From contig JBCCHT010000038.1 in assembly GCA_039028615.1 (NCBI GenBank), positions 1 through 64,000 of the forward strand: DNA of 64,000 bases, given 5' to 3'. Source of the DNA: Myxococcota bacterium. Its GTDB lineage: Bacteria > Myxococcota_A > Polyangia > Nannocystales > Nannocystaceae. The position numbers and the translations under genes are program-made. Of the stretch, positions 17,689-28,184 are shown one piece after another; the stretch's first letter is position 1, and each line of letters opens with the position of its first letter. A model generated the notes under the pieces. The model was not told the DNA's origin. It did no database searches and saw only the letters and a program-made list of their open reading frames with translations.

Positions 17689-19704
17689 TCAGCCCTCGTA
17701 GGCCTCGACCTCGGCCAGCCAGCTACGCACGCGGGCATCCGAGGGCATGCGCCAGTCTCCGCGGGGCGACAGGGCGACCTGCCCGACCTTGGGGGCGTCG
17801 GCGGTGCACGAGCGCTTGAACTGCTGCGAGAAGAAGCGCCACAAGAACTTCTTGAACCAGCGCTCGAGCTCGGCCAGCGAGTAGTCGTCGCCGAAGGCCA
17901 CCCGGGCCAGATCGAGGATCCGCGTGGGCCGAGCCCCGTCGCGCACCAGGTGGTAGAGGAAGAAGTCGTGCAGCTCGTAGGGGCCCAGCGTCTCCTCGGT
18001 GAGCTGCGCGATGGTGCCGTCTTCGTCGGCGGGCAGCAGCTCGGGGGAGATTGGGGTGTCGAGGATCGCGAAGAGCGTCTCGCGGAGCGCGTCGGGGTTG
18101 CCCACCGACCAGGTGCTCACGCGCTCGTTGGCGACCCAGCGGATCACCGACTGAATCAGCGTCTTGGGCACGCCCGCGTTCACGTCGTACATGGCGATGT
18201 GGTCGCCCGCGTAGGTCGACCAGCCCAGCGCTTTTTCGCTGAGGTCGCCCGTGCCCACGACCAGCCCTCCCTGGGCGTTGGCCTGGCTCATCAACACCAG
18301 GGTCCGAAGCCGGGCCTGCACGTTCTCGAGGGTGACGTCTCCCAGCTCGGGGTGCTGGCGCAGGCGCTGCACCAGGGCCCGCGCGTCGTCGTCGGCCTGC
18401 ACCGCGGGGTGCTCGAGCAACTGCAAGACCAGGCGGCTGGCCTCGGAGATCTGGATCTCTTGGAACTGCGCCCCGAGGGAGGTGGCCAGGTCCTGGGCGT
18501 TGCTGCGGGTGCCCGCGGTGGTGCCCAGCCCGGGCATGGTGATGCAGCGCAGCTCGGAGCGGTCGCGCCCGCACAGGTCGAGCGCCGTGGCAGCCACCAG
18601 CGCGGCATGGGTCGAGTCGAGCCCGCCCGAGACGCCCAGGATGAGCGAGGGCGTGCCGATCGCCTGCATGCGAGTGGCCAGGGCGTTGGTCTGGATCTCG
18701 AAGACCTCCCAGCAGCGCGTGCCCAGGCTCTCGGCGTGCTGCGGCACGAAGGGGTGCCGAGCCACCGAGCGTCGCAGCGGCGCGACGATGCCATCGGTGG
18801 CCGAGAACTCGATGCGCCGATATTCCCGGCGGTGGTGGTGGGCACAGTCACCAAACGTGTTGGTGGACAGCCGCTCTCGCACCAGGCGCTCGAGGTCGAC
18901 GTCGACGCTCACGAGCTGCTCGGTGCGAGCGAAGCGGGTGGAGCTGGCGAGCAGGCGCCCGTTTTCGGTGACGAAGGCGTCGGCGTCGAAGGCCAGATCG
19001 GTCGACGACTCCCCCGGACCAGCCGCGACGTACAGATAGGCACACTTGCCACGATCGGACGAAGCCTGGGCGAGCATGCGGCGGAGTTCGGCCTTGCCCA
19101 CCACGAAATTCGACGCGGAGAGGTTCGCGACCACCGTGGCTCCGGCCAGGGTCTGGTGGGCCGAGGGCGGCACGGGGACCCAGAAGTCCTCACACAGCTC
19201 GAGCCCCAGGACCAACGAAGCGGCGCGGTCGGCCTGTAGCAGCAGGTCGGTGCCGAAGGGCACCTCGTGGTCGCCGATGACGACGGTGGAGTCGGGCGCG
19301 ACCTCGGTGCCCGGCCGAAACCACCGCCGCTCTTCGAACTCGCGGTAGTTGGGCAGGTGCGACTTGGGCACCACCGCGAGCACGCGACCGCCTTGGATGG
19401 CGGCGGCCACGTTGTACACGGCACCACCCACCCGCAGCGGCAGTCCCACGATCGCCAGCGGCGACAGCTCGGCGCCGTGCTCGGTCAGCCAGCGCAGGCC
19501 GGCCAGCGCCTCGTCGAGCAGGTGGTGGTCGAGGAACAGGTCGCGCGCCGTGTACCCGGTCAGGCCCAGCTCGGGGAACACCACCAGGGCGTGGTGCTCG
19601 TCGTGGGCCCGTTGCCACAGTCGCCGAATGCTCTCGCAGTTGGCCGAGACGTTCGCGACCTTGCAGTTCGGCACGGCGGCCGCGACCCGGGCAAACCCAC
19701 GCAT
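17689..19704 (-). CDS. nadE: Glutamine-dependent NAD(+) synthase
   Basis: Nitrilase domain (FPELGLTGY, PKSHLPNYREF, ELCEDFW) plus GVSGGLDST, ENVQARLRT, GTGDLSE and SQQFKRS. Confidence 0.96.
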   Translation of the reverse strand: MRGFARVAAAVPNCKVANVSANCESIRRLWQRAHDEHHALVVFPELGLTGYTARDLFLDHHLLDEALAGLRWLTEHGAELSPLAIVGLPLRVGGAVYNVAAAIQGGRVLAVVPKSHLPNYREFEERRWFRPGTEVAPDSTVVIGDHEVPFGTDLLLQADRAASLVLGLELCEDFWVPVPPSAHQTLAGATVVANLSASNFVVGKAELRRMLAQASSDRGKCAYLYVAAGPGESSTDLAFDADAFVTENGRLLASSTRFARTEQLVSVDVDLERLVRERLSTNTFGDCAHHHRREYRRIEFSATDGIVAPLRRSVARHPFVPQHAESLGTRCWEVFEIQTNALATRMQAIGTPSLILGVSGGLDSTHAALVAATALDLCGRDRSELRCITMPGLGTTAGTRSNAQDLATSLGAQFQEIQISEASRLVLQLLEHPAVQADDDARALVQRLRQHPELGDVTLENVQARLRTLVLMSQANAQGGLVVGTGDLSEKALGWSTYAGDHIAMYDVNAGVPKTLIQSVIRWVANERVSTWSVGNPDALRETLFAILDTPISPELLPADEDGTIAQLTEETLGPYELHDFFLYHLVRDGARPTRILDLARVAFGDDYSLAELERWFKKFLWRFFSQQFKRSCTADAPKVGQVALSPRGDWRMPSDARVRSWLAEVEAYEG

Positions 19705-19741
19705 GGGCTCAGCATGCCCCCTTTTGGCGGCCCGGGGAAAC

Positions 19742-20683
19742 TCAGTTGCTGAGCGCGTCGTAGCGGATGCCGGTCTGCCGCTGCGAAATGGCCCACAGCT
19801 TGGCGGCAGCGTCGGTATCGTTGGCTCGCGCGGACGCTTCCACCCGAGTCGGGAAACCCCGAGTCTCCATGGGGCCCGAGGGCCCGAAGTACTCGCCGCC
19901 GCGCACGTCGTCGGCGGTCAGGGCATACAGCGAGGGCAGGGCGCCCTGAGCCGGACTCTGGGCCGCGATGCGGTTGAAGCCGGCGAGCACTCGCATGCTC
20001 AGGCTGTCGCGGCGACGCCCCGACCAGGCGAGCTGGAGATTGGTCGCCGCGTAGCCGGGGTGGCTGGCCACCGCGATCGTCTCCGCCTTGGCCGCCTCGA
20101 GCCGACGATGCAGCTCGAAGGTGAACAGCAGGTTGGCCAGCTTGCTCTGGCCATACGCGTCCCAGCGTCGGTAGCGACGCTCGCCGTGCAGGTCGTCCCA
20201 GCGCATGCGGGCGACTCGGTGCATCAGGCTGCTGACGGTGACCACCCGCGATCCGTCGGTCGCCATGAGCACCGACAAGAGCCGGCCGACCAGGGCGTAG
20301 TGGCCGAGGTGGTTGGTGCCCAGCTGGCGCTCGAAGCCATCGACCGTCTTGCCGTAGGGCAGGGCCATGACCCCCGCGTTGTTGCACAGCCCGTGCAAGT
20401 GATCGTGCTCGCTTTCGAAGCGCTCGGCGAAGGCTTCGATGGAGCCGAGGTCCGCCAGGTCGAGCGCCCATGCTTCGACCTGCCCCGTAATGTTCTCCCC
20501 CTCCAGGCGATGCGCCGCGTCCCGGGCCTTGTCGAGGCTGCGGCACGCCATGATCACGTGGGCGCCGCGGTGGGCGAGAGCGCGGCAGGTCTCGTACCCG
20601 AGGCCGCTGTTGGCTCCGGTGACGACCATCACGCGCTCGGACTGGTCGGGGATGTCGTCGTCGGTCCAGCGGGGAAGGGCCAT
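19742..20683 (-). CDS. Short-chain dehydrogenase/reductase (retinol dehydrogenase/WWOX-like)
   Basis: VTGANSGLG, NNAGVM, TNHLGH, YGQSK and HPG; ATG at 20683 chosen as start. Confidence 0.92.
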   Translation of the reverse strand: MALPRWTDDDIPDQSERVMVVTGANSGLGYETCRALAHRGAHVIMACRSLDKARDAAHRLEGENITGQVEAWALDLADLGSIEAFAERFESEHDHLHGLCNNAGVMALPYGKTVDGFERQLGTNHLGHYALVGRLLSVLMATDGSRVVTVSSLMHRVARMRWDDLHGERRYRRWDAYGQSKLANLLFTFELHRRLEAAKAETIAVASHPGYAATNLQLAWSGRRRDSLSMRVLAGFNRIAAQSPAQGALPSLYALTADDVRGGEYFGPSGPMETRGFPTRVEASARANDTDAAAKLWAISQRQTGIRYDALSN

Positions 20684-20794
20684 GGGTAAGGCTGCGAAGC
20701 GTCGCATAGCACGGATCCCCAAACCACGCTCAGAGGACCGCTACGACCCCCAATGCTCGACAGGCGCCCCGGCATCGACCACCCTAGGAGCGAG

Positions 20795-21286
20795 ATGGCC
20801 GACGAAGACGCACTCGAGCGGCATTCAGGTCCCCGACACCCTGGACCCGCGCGCAGCTCGCCATACCCGGTGAGCCGACTCGCTCCCACCCACGACCTGG
20901 TCGACATCGCGCGCCAGATCGCCGAGGCCGATCAGATCATCGGCACGGTGACGCACGGCAAGCTCGAGGTCATTGCCGAGCAGATTCGCGGGCTCCAGAA
21001 CCAGGCTCGCCGGATCATGGACGAGGCCCGGGCCAACGCTTCGTTGCATCGAGCTCGATGCAACTTCCAAAAGCGAGTGGGGCACACGTATCACCTGTAC
21101 GAAAAGTCCGACGGGAGCAGCTACTTGTCGATGCTCGGACCGCAGGACTGGGGCGACCGCTGCCCCGATGGGTTCGCGGGGAGCTACCGCCTCGAAGCGG
21201 ACATGAGCTGGACCCCGGCCGGCAACGCAGGGCCGCAGTCGGTGGACGAGCTTCGGGCGCTGACCGGCGTCGACGCTCCCCGCTGA
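20795..21286 (+). CDS. DUF2452-family protein
   Basis: AGGAG RBS before ATG 20795; KLEVIAEQIRGLQ...LHRARCNFQKRVGHTYHLY...SMLGPQDW...GSYRLEADMSW. Confidence 0.75.
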   Translation: MADEDALERHSGPRHPGPARSSPYPVSRLAPTHDLVDIARQIAEADQIIGTVTHGKLEVIAEQIRGLQNQARRIMDEARANASLHRARCNFQKRVGHTYHLYEKSDGSSYLSMLGPQDWGDRCPDGFAGSYRLEADMSWTPAGNAGPQSVDELRALTGVDAPR

Positions 21287-21315
21287 CGTCACGAGCGAAG
21301 CCCGGTCGCGGCCGT

Positions 21316-22209
21316 TCACGGAGCGGGGGCGGTGGCGGCCGGAAGTGGTGCGTGGCGAATTGCCTCGATGTCCTCGAGCATGCCCGCCACCATGGCTTCG
21401 ACGATGCGCTCGCCTTTGGCTGCAGTGGCCAGGGTCGGATCGCCCCAGATTCCAGTCTTCGAATAGTGACCGGGGCCTTTTGGGTCGCGAGAAAACCCGG
21501 GCTTGGTCTTGGGCGCCCAGTCGCGCACCGCCTTGCTCATGTCGACCGTCTCGGGGGCGATGTACAGCATCATCGAGGTCTCGATCTCGTCGGCGTGCGT
21601 GCCTCCGGGCTGCTCGCGGAGCTCGTCTTCGATCGGCGCGGCAATCTCCAAGATGTTGGTGAATCGCATCAAGATGCCTTCGGCGGCCAGCTGCTTCGCG
21701 GAGGCCTTCAGCGGGCGAATGGTGGAGACCCCGGTGTTCAGCACGTAGAAGCGCCGCGGCCCGAATCGGGAGAGGCCACGGCATAGTTCGATCACGGTGT
21801 CGCGTGCCGTGGACTCGGTGAGGGTCGTCGACCCCGGATACTCCACGAAGGCCGGGTAGTAGTGGTAGCCGAGGGTCGGGGCGATGACGACCTCGGCGTC
21901 TCGTTGCACCCGCTCCTTGTAGTACTCGGCCAACAGCCAGTCGTTCTTCAGCAGCAGGTGCGGTCCGTGTTCCTTGGATGCGGCACCCAGGGGAAGCACC
22001 ACCACCGCGTCGGGGGTGAGAACCGCTTCCGCCTCGTTCCACGTCAGATCCCACAGTAGAGTGCCTTTGGCGGCCGTTTCGGGAGTGGGGGCGCTGGGCT
22101 CGGCGGGGGTGGGCTTCATCGTCTCATGCTGACGCTGGGTCGGAGATTGCGAGTCATTACAGGCGCCGATCGAAACCAGGGCCACGAGCGACCAGCGACG
22201 CCACGACAT
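21316..22209 (-). CDS. Creatininase-family protein with lipoprotein-type signal
   Basis: LTWNEA, LPLGA..KEHGPHL, YPGS, HADEIETS and GIWGDPTLATAAKGE; N-terminus MSWRRWSLVALVSIGAC. Confidence 0.85.
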   Translation of the reverse strand: MSWRRWSLVALVSIGACNDSQSPTQRQHETMKPTPAEPSAPTPETAAKGTLLWDLTWNEAEAVLTPDAVVVLPLGAASKEHGPHLLLKNDWLLAEYYKERVQRDAEVVIAPTLGYHYYPAFVEYPGSTTLTESTARDTVIELCRGLSRFGPRRFYVLNTGVSTIRPLKASAKQLAAEGILMRFTNILEIAAPIEDELREQPGGTHADEIETSMMLYIAPETVDMSKAVRDWAPKTKPGFSRDPKGPGHYSKTGIWGDPTLATAAKGERIVEAMVAGMLEDIEAIRHAPLPAATAPAP

Positions 22210-22292
22210 GGGTCGACGATACCTCCTGTAAGAGAACCGAGGGGTCCCGATGCGGTAGGCTTGGCGTATCGTCTCGGCGGTCACGACCTGCG

Positions 22293-24314
22293 ATGCCGAT
22301 CAAGATCCTATTCGTGGATGACGAACCGGACCTCGAGGTCTTGATTCGTCAGAAGCTCCGTCGGGAGATTCGCAAGGGCGAGGTGGACCTCGAGTTTGCG
22401 GGCGACGGAATCGAGGCCATGGCCAAGATCGAGGCCCGCGAACAGGACTTCGACCTGGTCATCACCGACATCAACATGCCGCGCATGAACGGGCTCGAGC
22501 TGCTCGCCGCGCTGCAAGAGATCGAGATGTCGACGCTGGTGATCGTGCTGTCGGCCTACGGGGACATGGCGAACATCCGCACCGCGATGAACAGCGGTGC
22601 CTTCGATTTCCTCACCAAACCGCTGGATTTCATCGACCTGCAGGTCACCCGCGACAAGGCGATGCGCCACCTCGGCTCCCTGCGCGAGCGGGCCCGGCTC
22701 CAGCAGGAAAAAGAGCGCCTCGAGCAGCGCGGTCGCTTCGTTCGCGAGACCTTCGGGCGCTACCTCAACGACAGCGTGGTCCAGACCCTGCTCGATGCGC
22801 CCGATGGGCTGCGCATGGGGGGCGAGAAGCGGGAGATCTCGATCTTGATGTCGGATCTGCGCAGCTTCACCTCGATGTGCGAGCGGCTCGACCCCGAAGA
22901 GGTCGTGTCGACGCTCAACCTCTACTTCGGGGCGATGACGGACATCGTCTTCGAGCACGGGGGCACCATCGACGAACTCATCGGCGATGCGATGCTGGTG
23001 ATCTTCGGCGCGCCGCTCGATCAAGACGATCATGCCGAGCGGGCGGTACGCTGCGCGGTGGCGATGCAGCAGGCGATGGACGAGGTCAACCGCCAAAACG
23101 CCGAGCGTGGCCTGCCCGCGCTGCAGATGGGCATCGGCATCGATACGGGCGAGGCGGTGGTGGGAAACATCGGCTCGCTCAAGCGCTCGAAGTACGGCGT
23201 GGTGGGCAGCCACGTGAACCTGGCCGCGCGCATCGAGGCGCTCACCGTGGGCGGGCAGGTCTTGGTCTCGGCCGACACGCGGCGGGCGTGCGCGGCCGAG
23301 CTCGACATCGCTCAGTCGCTTCAGGTCGAAGCCAAGGGGTTCGGCGAGCCGGTCACGGTGCACGACCTGCGCGGGCTGATCGGGGGGCCGACGCTGCCGC
23401 CCCGCGGGGCTCAGCCGCCGCGGGCGCCCACCCAGGCTCCGCTGGCCGAGGCGGTGGTCGATGCCGTCGCGTCGGACCCCGAGGTCGCGTCGAGCCCCGC
23501 CGCGTCCGCCGATACCACGCCTCCGGCCGAGGACACCCAAAATCACCTCGCCACCATCGGCTTGATGATCGCGGGCGTCGCCCACGACATCCGCAACCCG
23601 CTCGGCTTCATCGTCAACTTCGCGGACATGTCGTCCGAGCTCGCCGACGAGGTCGTGGCCGAAGTGAAGGGCCGGCTCGAGGGCGAGGTGGCCGAGGACG
23701 TCGAGGCCTCGCTCGCCGATATCCAGGGCAACCTGGGCAAGATTCGCGAGCACGGCACGCGGGCCACCGACTTGGTGCGCACCATGGTCGAGACCCTCCG
23801 CGGGACCCGAGGGCGACCGCAGGACATCGACCTCAACGCCAACATCGCTCGCCACCTCGACCTGTTCGAGACCAGCATGCGGGCGGCTCGGTCCAACGTC
23901 GAGCTGGTGGTCGAGCGCGAGCTCGACGATGCCGCAGGGAAGCTTCGCATCGCCCCGCAGGACCTCAGCCGGATCTTGGTCAACCTGGTCCAGAACGCGT
24001 GCGATGCCGCCGAGGCCAAGGGGGGACGCGCGTCGCAGCAGCCGCCCACGGTGCGGGTGAGCACGCGCGATGCGGGCAACCAGGTGCAGCTGCGCGTGCG
24101 CGACGACGGCACGGGCATCAGCGACGAGGTCCGCGACTCGGTCTTCGAGCCCTTCTTCACCACCAAGGGCAAGGCGGGCGGCATGGGCCTGGGCCTGGCC
24201 TTCATCCGCCAGCTCGTGGGAAGCCTCGGCGGCACCATCGATTTCACCACCGAGGTCGGCTCCTTCACCGAGTTCGTCGTGACTCTGCCTAGAGGCTGGT
24301 CGTTCGAGGTATAG
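22293..24314 (+). CDS. Response-regulator receiver + class III nucleotidyl (likely guanylyl) cyclase + histidine kinase fusion
   Basis: REC: FVDDE, TDINMPRMNG, KP. Cyclase: MSDLRSFT, IDELIGDA, GNIGS..RSKYGVVGSHVNLAARIE. Kinase: AHDIRNPL, NLVQNA, DDGTGI, FEPFFTTK, GMGLGL. Confidence 0.9.
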   Translation: MPIKILFVDDEPDLEVLIRQKLRREIRKGEVDLEFAGDGIEAMAKIEAREQDFDLVITDINMPRMNGLELLAALQEIEMSTLVIVLSAYGDMANIRTAMNSGAFDFLTKPLDFIDLQVTRDKAMRHLGSLRERARLQQEKERLEQRGRFVRETFGRYLNDSVVQTLLDAPDGLRMGGEKREISILMSDLRSFTSMCERLDPEEVVSTLNLYFGAMTDIVFEHGGTIDELIGDAMLVIFGAPLDQDDHAERAVRCAVAMQQAMDEVNRQNAERGLPALQMGIGIDTGEAVVGNIGSLKRSKYGVVGSHVNLAARIEALTVGGQVLVSADTRRACAAELDIAQSLQVEAKGFGEPVTVHDLRGLIGGPTLPPRGAQPPRAPTQAPLAEAVVDAVASDPEVASSPAASADTTPPAEDTQNHLATIGLMIAGVAHDIRNPLGFIVNFADMSSELADEVVAEVKGRLEGEVAEDVEASLADIQGNLGKIREHGTRATDLVRTMVETLRGTRGRPQDIDLNANIARHLDLFETSMRAARSNVELVVERELDDAAGKLRIAPQDLSRILVNLVQNACDAAEAKGGRASQQPPTVRVSTRDAGNQVQLRVRDDGTGISDEVRDSVFEPFFTTKGKAGGMGLGLAFIRQLVGSLGGTIDFTTEVGSFTEFVVTLPRGWSFEV

Positions 24315-24322
24315 AACCCTCG

Positions 24323-25342
24323 ATGCAGATCGGCGTGCTCGGAGCGGGAGCGATCGGGGGCTATCTCGGGCTGTGCCTGTCCGCGGCGGAAGGCGCGGTG
24401 ACGCTGGTCGGGCGGCGGTCGTTGGTCGAACAACGTGAGCGCCTGCACGCGGTGACGCTCGAGGGGCGAGAGCATCGACCGGGGGAGCCCCTCGTGGTCA
24501 CCGAGGACCCGAGCGTGCTGTCGGACATGGACGTGGTGCTCGTTACCGTCAAGTCGCAGGCGACGACCGAGGCGGCGCAGACCATCGCGAAGCATGCGAA
24601 GCCGGGGGCGACGGTGGTGTCGTTTCAAAATGGCCTGGGCAATGCGGTGACGCTGCGCGAGACGCTGGGCGATCGAGTGGTCGCGGGCATGGTCGCCTTC
24701 AACGTGTTCCGCGAGGACGAGGGGGCGAGGTTCCGTCAGGCCACCCGGGGCGCATTGGTGGCGGGCCTGGGCACGGGTCCCCACGTTCAGACCATGAAGT
24801 CTCTGGCGGCTTCGTTCGCGCCGCTCGGGCCGGCCTTGTCCCTGCGCGAGGACATCGACGATGTGCTCGCGGGCAAGCTGCTGCTGAACCTCAACAACGG
24901 GATCTGTGCGGTGACCGGGCTGCCGATTGCGCAGTCGTTGATGTCCCCCGACGCGCGCTGGTGCCTGTCGCGGTGCATGCTCGAGGGGCTCGCGGCCGTG
25001 CGTGCAGCGGGCTACAAGCCGCGCAGTGTGCTGGGGTTGCCGCCCTGGATCATCGCTCGGCTCGTGCGCTTGCCCAACGCCATCTTGCTACGAATTGCCA
25101 AGCGCATGGTCTCTGCCGATCCGAGCGCACGTTCGAGCACCCTTCAGGATTTGGACGCAGGAAAACCCACCGAGATCGATGAACTCAACGGGGCGATCGT
25201 AGCGCTGTCGAGATCACATCAATTGCCGTGTCCGGCGAACTCTACGGTGGTGGAAATCGTGCGACAGCTCGAAGCGAGCACGCCGCCTCTGCCCTTCGTC
25301 GAGCCGGCGCAATTGCGGGCGCGCATCGCCGCTCGATCCTAG
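24323..25342 (+). CDS. panE: 2-dehydropantoate 2-reductase (ApbA/PanE family)
   Basis: GAGAIG, VTVKS, SFQNG, KLLLNLNN and SSTLQDL..GKPTEIDELNGAIV. Confidence 0.88.
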   Translation: MQIGVLGAGAIGGYLGLCLSAAEGAVTLVGRRSLVEQRERLHAVTLEGREHRPGEPLVVTEDPSVLSDMDVVLVTVKSQATTEAAQTIAKHAKPGATVVSFQNGLGNAVTLRETLGDRVVAGMVAFNVFREDEGARFRQATRGALVAGLGTGPHVQTMKSLAASFAPLGPALSLREDIDDVLAGKLLLNLNNGICAVTGLPIAQSLMSPDARWCLSRCMLEGLAAVRAAGYKPRSVLGLPPWIIARLVRLPNAILLRIAKRMVSADPSARSSTLQDLDAGKPTEIDELNGAIVALSRSHQLPCPANSTVVEIVRQLEASTPPLPFVEPAQLRARIAARS

Positions 25343-25408
25343 AGCGATCGACCGAGACGTGAGCTGACCCCGAAGGGAGCGCGCGCCTCGTCATGTACCC
25401 TCCGGGGC

Positions 25409-27187
<1,779 letters not shown>

Positions 27188-27236
27188 TCGAGCCGGGGCT
27201 CCATGCGGGGCCCCGCGCTGGCTGCTAAGGTGAGCC

Positions 27237-28184
27237 GTGGCCCACGGCGTGCTGCACCTCCGCGATCGACGAGTCCTCCGGGTGAGCCTGGAGGCTCGCG
27301 AGCTTTTGCGTGTCCAGGCGTCGGACTGCGAGTTCCACGGGCTCCAGCTCGTCGGCGTCACGGTCAGGGCCGGGGTGCTGGAGCGCTGCACCTTTCGCCA
27401 CTGCGTCATCGATCGTTCGAAGCTGACGGTGGAGTTTCGACGCTGCCGGTTCGAGGGCTGCCACTTCCGCGGGATCACGGGGGCGAAGTTCCTCGACTGT
27501 CGGGGCCGTAGCACGCGGCTGCTCGAGATGACCGACTGCACCTTCGAAGGCGGCTGGCTGCATCGCTGCGTCTACGGCGACGAGCTCGACCTCAGCGGCG
27601 TGCGCAAGGACTACTGCGAGAGCTTTGCGTCGGCGCAGCTCATCGAAGACTCGGCGCGAGTTCGCAAGCAGGAGCCCTACGCAGAGACGGATACGCAGCC
27701 CCGGCGTCGTCGCGAGGGCGCGATCATTCGCCAGGGGCAAGGGCGGTCGAAAGGGCGGGTCGGCGGGTCCTTCGGGTCCCGCCCGGGGGCCGTGAAGGCT
27801 GCCCTCCGCGAGCTTCGGGCCACACGAGAGCGGCTTCCTCCCTATCCCTACGAAGTGCGGGCGGCGTTGCGCCGATGCCTGCGGAGACCCAAGGTCTTCG
27901 GGTTGTCCGAGCCTGCGCGCAAGGTGCTCGACCTGCTGGTCTCCGTCGATCAAACGGTGACCGGCTTGGTGTGGCCCACGGTCTCCTGGCTCTCGCAGCG
28001 CAGCGGCCTGCCTCCGGGCGACATCGTGGGGGCGATGCGGGAACTCGGTGATCGGGGCTGGCTGTCGAGGTGGCTGCACACCACCGACGCGACCGCGGCC
28101 TGGGTCGACTACGAGTTCGTGCAGCGCCACATCGGCGCGCGCAGTCCGATGTCCGCGGCTGAACGTCCGCGGAGGCGCTCGTGA
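27237..28184 (+). CDS. Hypothetical protein: pentapeptide-like N-terminus, winged-helix-like C-terminus
   Basis: CTFRHCVI, CRFEGCHF and DCTFEG five-residue periodicity; LVWPTVSWLSQRSGLPPGDIVGAMRELGDRGWL resembles a wHTH; stop overlaps the next start (GTGA). Confidence 0.6.
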   Translation: MAHGVLHLRDRRVLRVSLEARELLRVQASDCEFHGLQLVGVTVRAGVLERCTFRHCVIDRSKLTVEFRRCRFEGCHFRGITGAKFLDCRGRSTRLLEMTDCTFEGGWLHRCVYGDELDLSGVRKDYCESFASAQLIEDSARVRKQEPYAETDTQPRRRREGAIIRQGQGRSKGRVGGSFGSRPGAVKAALRELRATRERLPPYPYEVRAALRRCLRRPKVFGLSEPARKVLDLLVSVDQTVTGLVWPTVSWLSQRSGLPPGDIVGAMRELGDRGWLSRWLHTTDATAAWVDYEFVQRHIGARSPMSAAERPRRRS

